64,000 nt of DNA from Acetobacter sp. GTDB taxonomy: Bacteria; Pseudomonadota; Alphaproteobacteria; Acetobacterales; Acetobacteraceae. The translations under genes and the position numbers were made by a program. The notes beneath the pieces are model-generated. The model was not told the DNA's origin. It made no database searches and was given only the letters and a program-made list of their open reading frames with translations. Below, piece after piece: positions 56,309 through 64,000 of this stretch (the stretch's first letter is position 1; each line of letters starts with the position of its first letter). The stretch is from assembly GCF_047723915.1 (NCBI RefSeq), contig NZ_JBDOBQ010000010.1:12720-76719 (forward strand), in the 5' to 3' direction.

Positions 56309-59300
56309 ATGGTAAAGACCATGTCCAACGCCCATAACATTCGCACACCCGACCCACATGCTCCCAGAACCGTAAGGCTGGCTGTCGTATCCCGTCGGGA
56401 ACGCAAACGCTATGTGCTGCTGGGCACGCTGGGTGCTGTGTGGAGTGCGACACTCTCCTCCGGGTTCGGGCAGGCGCTCAACGGCGGCGCCAACCCCGCG
56501 CCCCCCTCAGCCCCACTGTCCGTTTTCGCCAATAGTGGCCCTGTCGCCCCCGCCCAGTCGCAGCAGAGCGCCAGCGTCGAAAATGCCATGTTCTACCGCA
56601 TGATTTCAGAAGCGGAATACTGGCTTTCGCAGCATCAGTTCGACCGCGCGCAGGATTCGGTCCAGCGTGCTCTGGACATGGCACCCCACAACGCCCAGGC
56701 CCTGCTGCTGCTGGGCACGGTGCAGAAGGGCCTGGGCAATGTGACGGCCGCTGAAAAAACACTGGCGCTGATGCAGGACACCGGCGCACCGGCGGATCTG
56801 CGCTCCGCCCTGCGTGACATTATAGACGCAAAACCCGTCGACAAGGACAAGCTGGCCCAGGCCCGCGCACTGGCGGCGTCAGGCAAAATGCTTCAGGCAT
56901 CGCTGACCTACAAGGCGCTGTTCGACAATGGACCACCCCCGCCCGATCTGGCTCTGGAATATTATGGCGTGCTGGGCTCCACCATTCTGGGGTACCAGGA
57001 GGCAGTGACCCGGCTGCAGCAATGGCTGCAACGCAACCCCGCCGATCTGGACGCGCAGTTACTGTATTACCGTATTCTCACATACCGCGAGACGTCGCGC
57101 GCCATGGGGCTGGAAGGGCTGAAAAAACTGGCCTCGGCCGACATATCGCCCCGTATCCGCCGCCAGGCTTATGCCGCATGGCGGCAGACATTGCTGTGGG
57201 AACCTATTCGCGGGTCATCCATCCCGCTTTTTTACGAGTGGCTGGCCCAGCATCCGACCGATGCGGAAATTGCCGACAGGCTGGAAAAATCCCGCGCAGA
57301 ACAGGGCCGGATTGATGCCGATACCGCACGCGTGGAGGGTTTCAGCCATCTGAATGCCGGCCGGATCGATGAAGCGGGCAAGGACTTCAGGCAGGCTCTG
57401 ACCTACAACGCCCACGACGCCGCGGCCCTTGGTGGCATGGGGCTTGTGGCCGAACGCCAGCATGACTGGCACCACGCGGAAGAAAACTTCCGGCTGGCCA
57501 TGGCGGCGGACCCGGCAACAGCCAGCCAGTGGCGTTCCGCCCTGACAGGGGTGAGGCAGAGCATGGCCGGGAACAACCCGCTGGCGGCACAGATTGCCCG
57601 CGCCCTCGCCGCCGATCGCACCGACGACGCCCGGCGCGACATAGCTGAACTGGCCCGGCAGCCGGGGCAACAGGTCAACGCCCTGCTGTTCCGTGCTCAG
57701 CTTGAACTGCGCGAAGACCACCGCCCCGAAGCCGAAGAAGCCTATCGCAGCGCCCTGATGCGCGCACCCGGCAACAAGGGCGCACGCACGGCCCTGGTCA
57801 CACTCCTGCTCCAGGACGGAAAACTGGATGAAGCCGAGGACGTGATCCGTCGCGACGGCACTGTGCAGCCCGAACTGGCCGCCCAGGTCCAGAGCGCGCG
57901 ATTTGTCCTGCAGGCAGACACGACGACGGACCCCGCCGAACGGATATCCCTGCTGCGTGACGCTGTAAGCACCACGCCCGCAGACCCCTGGGTACGCCTG
58001 AAGCTGGCCCAGGCCCTTGCGGCAACACACCATGCGGATGAGGGGCAGGCTGTCATGAACAGCATGCTCGATCAGCCCCACCCCCCCGCGTGAGGCGCTG
58101 GCCGCCGCCATTATCTACGCCGACGGGCAGAACGATTTTGCCACGTCCAATGCCCTGCTCAGGCGGGTGCCGCCAGCTGGCCTGTCACCCGACATGCGCC
58201 AGATCATGGCCCGCACACAGGCCGGGCTGGATGTCAGCACCGCGGAACGCAACAGTACCACGGCCGTGGCGGAGCTTAGAGCCCTTGCCAGCAGGCCTGA
58301 CCCGTCAGGCCAGAGAACCCTGCTGGTCGCAGATGCCCTGCTCCGACACGATGACGTGCAGGCAGCGTATGAGGTGCTCAAACAGGGGCAGGCCCAGGCC
58401 ACGAACCTGACGCCATCACAGCGGTTGAGCTATGCCGGTCTTTACCTGCGTATACTGGCCACGCGCGGCAGCGCACGCTTCCACCGGCGGATACGCCAGG
58501 ATGTCCTGGCATGCCTGAACGCGTTCGACGCCCAGACCCGCGACAAGGAACCGACCGAGCGCGAAGCCGAAGCCCGCACCCGAATCGAGGACGGGTTCAT
58601 GGCAATCCGGGCCGACGATCTGGTGCGCCGGGGCTGGCCGGACGATGCGCGCAACCTGCTCGCGCCCTATATCGCCACCCACCCCGACGCGATTGAATCC
58701 CGCCTGGCCATGGCCCGTGCGCTGGGTGCGCAGGACCGGCCCGAACGCGCGCTGGCCGAGGACATGCGGGTTCTTGAACACGCGCCAAATAACACCCGCG
58801 TTCTGGCCGCCGCCGTGCATGACGCCACCATGGCAGGTGATACCCGCACAGCAGACACACTGTCACGACGCCTGCAAAGCCTGGCCCCTGACACGCGTGA
58901 AACCTGGAGCGCACTGGCAGAAAGCGCGCAGTCGCGTGACAACATGCACCGCCAGCTTGGCGCCATGGAGCATGTGCGCGCAGTCGACTGCGAAGACAGT
59001 GACAGCGAAACCTGCGACCGCGAGGACCTGCGCGAGCCCGATTACCGCTGGCCCCTGATCGCAGCCGGGTATGTGAACCAGCAGGGCGTCATGCTACCCG
59101 ATTCCTACCATTACCTGCGCGACGATACGACAACCGCGGCCAACAACCGTTCCATCGTCTACCTGACCGATTCCGTTTCCCCGCAGATGGATGGCAATAT
59201 CTTCATTCGCAACCGCACAGGTGACGCGGGACTGGGACAACTGACCGAACTGGCCGTACCCATTACCGGCAGCATTCCGTTTGATTCGTGGAATCACCGT

Positions 59301-60254
59301 ATCTCGTTCTCGATTTCGCCCACCTTCCTGTTCACCGGTAACCCGCTGGGGAATGACGGCTCCAACCACCAGTTCGGGCAATGCGCCACCCAAGGTAGCG
59401 CCGGGCTGTGTGCGGGACCCGGCCACCATTATTACGTTCAGGGCGTGGGGCTGAACGTCAACTACGTCAACCGCTGGTTCAGCGCGGATGTGGGCTCGAC
59501 CCCGCTGGGCTTTCCTGTCGCCAATGTGCTGGGCGGGGTTGAGTTCGCCCCGCATCTGGCGCGCGACCTTGTGCTGCGCATTGCCGGCGGCCGCCGCATG
59601 GTCACCAACAGCGAACTGTCCTACGCGGGCATGAAAGACCCGGTATCGGGCCGGACATGGGGCGGTGTCACGCGCGACTTCGGGCATGGCATGCTTGAAT
59701 GGGGGCATCCGGGCTGGAACCTTTACGCAGGCGGCGGCTTTGCTTACCTGGACGGCACGCATGTCGCCTCCAATACGGAATTCGACGTACAGGCCGGCGG
59801 CAACGCCACGATCTGGCAGTCGCACGAACGTCAGGCGATCCGCACCGGGCTTGATTTCACCTATTACGACTACCAGCACAACCGCTATCTCTTTACCTGG
59901 GGACAGGGCGGTTACTTCTCGCCCCAGGGCTATTACGCCATCATGGTGCCGCTGGAATGGACTGGCCATCAGGATGAGTGGACCTGGCTGCTGCGCGGCG
60001 AAGGCGGTTTCCAGCATTACCATAGTAACGCTGCAGGATATTTCCCGCTTGGCGGACTGCAGGCGGTTACAGGCACCGCATCCAGTACAGGCGCGCAGTC
60101 AGCCAGCGGTGTTGCGGGCAATGTGCAGGGCCGGGTTATCTACCAGGTCACACCCAGCCTGCGCGTAGGGGCCCAGGCAAGCTACAGCAGGGCCGGAAAC
60201 TGGTCGGAAATTGCCGCCATCCTCATGGCACACTACACGTTTGATACTTTCTAG
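56309..60254 (+). pseudogene. bcsC: Cellulose synthase subunit BcsC (TPR region plus C-terminal beta-barrel), split by a +1 frameshift at C7 run 58081-58087
   Basis: Two adjacent ORFs (56309-58093, and frame +1 open from 58059 to 60254) together span 3946 nt, which is 3n+1. The N-terminal part is TPR-rich and the C-terminal part ends in a barrel-like ...YSRAGNWSEIAAILMAHYTFDTF. Deleting one C restores a roughly 1314-aa protein. Confidence 0.8.
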
Positions 60255-60323
60255 TTTTAATGCTTTCCGCAATGTTGCGTATCGGATAGCCATAAAAAGC
60301 CCCAGGCCGACAGAAGGAAACAC

Positions 60324-62021
60324 ATGAAACAGACCCTGCGCGTTATGTGCTCGCTCTGCTGCCTGGGGGGGATTGGACCCGCGGTGACAGGCGGTTTGGC
60401 CATGGCGGCTACATGCACGCAGGCTCCCCCTCCCGGCCCCATGGACGACACACATCTGGGTTACAGGGTCAACGATCTCTGGCAGTCCTGCGGTACTGTG
60501 TGGCGGGCAGTTTCCGTGCATGCCGGTGCCGCCGTATGGCAGGCCATGCCACCCGCACGGCAATCCGCACAGGGGCCCGCAGACGCATTCGGCCAGCATA
60601 TCCTGTTCGCTGGAGGAAGCGTGCGCATGGTCTCGGGCTACACCGGCCCGGCCCTGGACGTGACGCTGACGACGCAAGGCCAGCCCAGCGCCCAAACCCT
60701 GAACATTACCGCCGCCGGGCAACTGGACACCACCCCCCTGCGTCAGCGCGACCCCGGAACCTATGCGCTGGTGACGCGGGTATATGACCAGTCGGGCCAT
60801 GGTAATCACCTGCTGGCAACGCCTGACAGGGTTGTCGTGCATATTGGCGAAGTCCGGGTGGGCGACACGGAAGCCCTGTCCTGGGGCGAGGCCAACGGAG
60901 CGGGCGGATTTGTGCTGCCCCCGACACTGAGCGTGGATGCCAGGAGCTTTGTCTTCGGCACAACAGGGGCATATGCCTCGTCCAATTCGGGCTACGCCGC
61001 CTACCCGGTACCCCTTCTGCTGGGGCAGGGCGGCGCGGGCCACGAAGCCAAGGTTTATTTCGGCGGTTATGAACTGGACGGGTTTGTCCATGTCGCGGAT
61101 TCAGGCAATCCTGACCAGCGGCTGGATCTGGTCGTCACCAATTCTCCGGCGTCATTTTCGCTCTGGGCGCATGACGGCACCTACCAGGTCACCTCGGGCA
61201 ACGCCGTGGCCATGGGCCATAGCCGGATTACTCCCACAACGCTCACAGGCGGGTATATCGGTTTCAATGCCGATGGCGGCCCCTGGTTCAGCCAGGGTCG
61301 CAATACCGGAATATGGACAGGGTTTGTTCTGGCAGACCATGTCAGCGACCCCGAAGCAGTCATGCGCTTCCGTGCCGCTGCGGCTGCACAGGGCCATTAC
61401 GCCCCGCAGATCCGCACTGCTCTTGTCGCCATTGGTGACAGCCGCACGGAAGGCTACCTTGTAGCAGACGGGCAGAACTGGCCCCGGCTTGCGCAGGCCT
61501 ACGGCCAGTACCAGAGCTACAACCTTGCGGTTTCTGGCGCGACCACCCGCCATATGCTGGGCATGCTGCCTGCCGCCGCCCATATCGCGCACAACGCAGG
61601 CCCGCATGTGGCAGTGGTGTTCGGGGGCTTCAACGACCATCTGAGCCAGAACAACATCAACTACGACGAAACCCTGGCCAACCTGCACCGCCTGATACAC
61701 ACCCTTCAGGACCTGAAATACAGGGTCATCCTGATCGCAGAAGCCCCGACCGACCCGACGCTGCGCGGCAAGGTACTGGCCGCCCTGGCTACAGGAACGC
61801 TGCACCCCGACGCCGTGGTGGACCCGTTCGCCGCAGGGATGCCCCTGTCCAATCTGGCAAACAGCCTGTACTGGAACAGTGACGTCACACACCCAAGCTT
61901 GGCAGGCCAGGCAGAACTGGCCAGGCTGCTATGGCCGGCAATAAGCGCGGCATTCGCCGCAGGTGAGAACCCGACCATGCCACAGGATGTGCATCACCCG
62001 CAGGCGAGTTCCCCGCCATGA
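60324..62021 (+). CDS. Secreted two-domain protein: N-terminal concanavalin/GH54-like beta-sandwich plus C-terminal SGNH hydrolase
   Basis: Has a signal peptide (…GGLAMAA). The VYDQSGHGNHL motif resembles the IYDQSGNGNHL of GH54 arabinofuranosidase B catalytic domains, from memory. The C-terminal SGNH blocks are IGDSRTEG, SGATT, GGFND and DVTHP. Confidence 0.65.
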   Translation: MKQTLRVMCSLCCLGGIGPAVTGGLAMAATCTQAPPPGPMDDTHLGYRVNDLWQSCGTVWRAVSVHAGAAVWQAMPPARQSAQGPADAFGQHILFAGGSVRMVSGYTGPALDVTLTTQGQPSAQTLNITAAGQLDTTPLRQRDPGTYALVTRVYDQSGHGNHLLATPDRVVVHIGEVRVGDTEALSWGEANGAGGFVLPPTLSVDARSFVFGTTGAYASSNSGYAAYPVPLLLGQGGAGHEAKVYFGGYELDGFVHVADSGNPDQRLDLVVTNSPASFSLWAHDGTYQVTSGNAVAMGHSRITPTTLTGGYIGFNADGGPWFSQGRNTGIWTGFVLADHVSDPEAVMRFRAAAAAQGHYAPQIRTALVAIGDSRTEGYLVADGQNWPRLAQAYGQYQSYNLAVSGATTRHMLGMLPAAAHIAHNAGPHVAVVFGGFNDHLSQNNINYDETLANLHRLIHTLQDLKYRVILIAEAPTDPTLRGKVLAALATGTLHPDAVVDPFAAGMPLSNLANSLYWNSDVTHPSLAGQAELARLLWPAISAAFAAGENPTMPQDVHHPQASSPP

Positions 62022-62097
62022 CGCATCGGTGTCATTTCATGCTTTTCCCGCTCCTTCCCCGCAAGGACGACCCAGACATATCAGGTAGCCACGCCCT

Positions 62098-64000
62098 ATG
62101 AGACCCACCACCCAACGATCCGCCAACGCTCTACCTTATGCTTTTATGATTATCGGAACGGTGCTCGTACTCGTGGCTAGCCAGGCTGTCATTACCCCCA
62201 TAGCCCAGATCTATCTCAGCATTGCCGTACTGCTCTGTGCGATCGCGCTGCGCAACAGGCCTGGCCACATGGCCGGGCTCCTGATGATCGGCCTGTCCAC
62301 GTTCGTATCCCTGCGCTATATTTTCTGGCGCCTGACCAATACACTCGCATTCGAGAACTGGTTGCAGACTACCCTGACCCTGATGCTGCTTTTTGCGGAA
62401 CTCTATTCCTGGATCATCCTGTTCCTGGGATACATGCAACTGGCCTGGCCGCTGAACCGCAAGGAATTTCCCCTTCCTCCGGACGACAGCCTGTGGCCCA
62501 GCGTCGATGTCTTCATCCCCACCTATAACGAAGACCTTTCTGTGGTCAGGAACACCGTTCTGGCAGCTATGGCCATGGACTGGCCCGCCAGCAAGCTGCA
62601 TGTCCATGTGCTCGATGACGGTCGACGCCCGGAATTCCAGGCTTTCGCGCGGGATGTAGGGGTCAGCTACATTACCCGGCCCAACAACGCCCATGCCAAG
62701 GCAGGTAACCTCAACCACGCCCTGACACGGACTAACGCCGAACTGGTCGCGGTGTTCGACTGCGACCACGTACCTGTCAAAAGCTTTCTGACACGTACCA
62801 TCGGATGGATGGTCCAGAACCCCCGCATATCACTGGTGCAGACACCGCAGCACTTCTATTCGCTCGATCCGTTCCAGCGCAATCTGGACACGTACGGCCG
62901 TATCCCGCCCGAAAGCAACCTGTTCTACGGCCTTGTCCAGCCCGGCAACGATTTCTGGAACGCGACCCTTTTCTGCGGATCCTGTGCGGTCCTGCGCCGG
63001 TCCGCTCTGGACAGTATCAACGGCTTTGCGGTGGAAACCGTAACGGAAGACGCCCATACCTCACTGAAAATGCAACGCAAGGGGTGGGAATCCGCTTACC
63101 TGCGCGAAACCCTGGCGGGCGGGCTTGCGACCGAAAGCCTGGCGCTGCATGTGGGCCAGCGCATACGCTGGGCGCGCGGCATGGTTCAGATTTTCCGGAT
63201 CGACAACCCGCTGCTGGGGCGCGGGCTCAGCCTCGGCCAACGCCTGTGCTATCTTTCGGCCATGCTGCACTTCTTCTTTCCCATACCGCGGCTTATTTTT
63301 CTTATCTCCCCGCTGGCGTTCCTATTCCTTGGGCAGAACGTCATTTTCGCAACCCCGGTCGCGGTCATGACCTATGCAATCCCGCATCTGGTGCAGTCGC
63401 TCATGACCCAGTCGCGCATGCAGGGGCGCTGGCGGTATTCAATCTGGAATTACGTTTACGAAACCTCGATCGCGATCTTCCTGGCCCCCGTCGTACTGAT
63501 AGCGTTTTTTGCACCCTCTCGCGGTACCTTCAACGTGACCGCGAAAGGTGGTTTGATTTCACAGAACTATCTCGATACGCGCATGGTGCGACCCAATGTC
63601 ATCATGTGTTTCGTGCTGATTCTGGCGGCCTTCGTGGGTGTGGGCGGCATGATCATCCACCACGCGAATGCAGCACTTTTCCAGACCTATGGCATGAATC
63701 TCATGTGGGTTTCAGCCAACCTGCTGATCGTGCTTGCCGCCATTACCGTAGGGTATGAACGCAAGCAGATACGCCGTGCGCCGCGTATTCCCGCCCAGCT
63801 TGCTGTCACTGTGCTCGCACCCGGACAGCCGCAGCGCTACGAAGCCCGGACACTGGATCTTTCCAAGGGTGGGCTATCGTTGCAAATGCTCCAACCACTT
63901 CCTCCGGGGCTGGAAACGGTGAATGTGGAATACGTCAACAACGCTGACAAGATCACAGCAAATGTGCCCGCCCACATCATCAACCAGCAGGATAATATTG
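62098..64000 (+). CDS. bcsA: Cellulose synthase catalytic subunit BcsA (GT2 plus PilZ), 3' end beyond the window
   Basis: Hand translation from ATG 62098 gives ...VFIPTYNED...LDDGRRPEF...AKAGNLNHAL...FDCDH...QTPQHF...FCGSCAVLRR...VTEDAHTSLKM...QRIRWARG..., followed by PilZ motifs RRAPR and DLSKGG. It is absent from the ORF track because there is no stop in the window. The start could also be a downstream ATG. Confidence 0.95.
   Translation, partial: MRPTTQRSANALPYAFMIIGTVLVLVASQAVITPIAQIYLSIAVLLCAIALRNRPGHMAGLLMIGLSTFVSLRYIFWRLTNTLAFENWLQTTLTLMLLFAELYSWIILFLGYMQLAWPLNRKEFPLPPDDSLWPSVDVFIPTYNEDLSVVRNTVLAAMAMDWPASKLHVHVLDDGRRPEFQAFARDVGVSYITRPNNAHAKAGNLNHALTRTNAELVAVFDCDHVPVKSFLTRTIGWMVQNPRISLVQTPQHFYSLDPFQRNLDTYGRIPPESNLFYGLVQPGNDFWNATLFCGSCAVLRRSALDSINGFAVETVTEDAHTSLKMQRKGWESAYLRETLAGGLATESLALHVGQRIRWARGMVQIFRIDNPLLGRGLSLGQRLCYLSAMLHFFFPIPRLIFLISPLAFLFLGQNVIFATPVAVMTYAIPHLVQSLMTQSRMQGRWRYSIWNYVYETSIAIFLAPVVLIAFFAPSRGTFNVTAKGGLISQNYLDTRMVRPNVIMCFVLILAAFVGVGGMIIHHANAALFQTYGMNLMWVSANLLIVLAAITVGYERKQIRRAPRIPAQLAVTVLAPGQPQRYEARTLDLSKGGLSLQMLQPLPPGLETVNVEYVNNADKITANVPAHIINQQDNI

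Noticed and set aside
52936-63758. Shadow ORFs in the bcs region (52936-54258 -, 59094-60023 -, 60099-61091 -, 61152-61892 -, 62131-62769 -, 62805-63758 +)
   Set aside because: All are antisense or off-frame relative to bcsB, bcsC, the SGNH gene and bcsA, whose translations carry family motifs.

Overview
GC-rich alphaproteobacterial chromosomal segment. The bcsX/bcsY-type cellulose genes and overall gene content point to an acetic-acid bacterium (Acetobacteraceae, Komagataeibacter/Novacetimonas-like), but this is an inference. I call about 48 protein genes, one tRNA and several repeat or regulatory elements. From left to right: (1) a minus-strand catabolic cluster (hydantoinase A/B, aminotransferase, uronate-dehydrogenase-like SDR, FAD oxidoreductase, edge-truncated OsmC) with a divergent APC permease; (2) transporters and regulators (SDR, MFS, GntR, MFS, ABC exporter); (3) housekeeping genes nth, hemH, mutY, DUF721, SLT-SPOR transglycosylase, a large wHTH-BTAD regulator, DUF3576-leuS-lptE-holA; (4) a tRNA-Arg(CCU) gene interrupted by a 243-nt group I intron, followed by a lower-GC patch; (5) MarR/isochorismatase/MFS, TPR-GT9-like plus MarR, an orphan DUF2075 P-loop NTPase, TetR, an NTF2/nitrilase/GNAT operon, sucCD, a B12-radical-SAM gene, a frameshifted class-II uvrA paralogue, a permease and a GNAT; (6) a cellulose-synthase locus with unusual order: stand-alone bcsB, bcsX (SGNH), bcsY (AT3 acyltransferase), bcsC (frameshifted in a C7 run), a secreted GH54-like/SGNH two-domain protein, then bcsA running off the right edge. 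The most noteworthy signals are the intron-containing tRNA, the acyl-modification genes and architecture of the bcs locus, two frameshifts at simple-sequence repeats, and a dispersed family of degenerate 10-15-nt periodic tracts. Those tracts fill intergenic spacers and also sit in frame inside hemH, at the mutY 3' end and inside the large regulator. Two real genes at the window edges (OsmC at 1-308, bcsA at 62098-64000) are missing from the ORF track because they have no in-window stop. Many long track ORFs are antisense or off-frame shadows typical of high-GC DNA. All family assignments come from reading the translations, with no database search.
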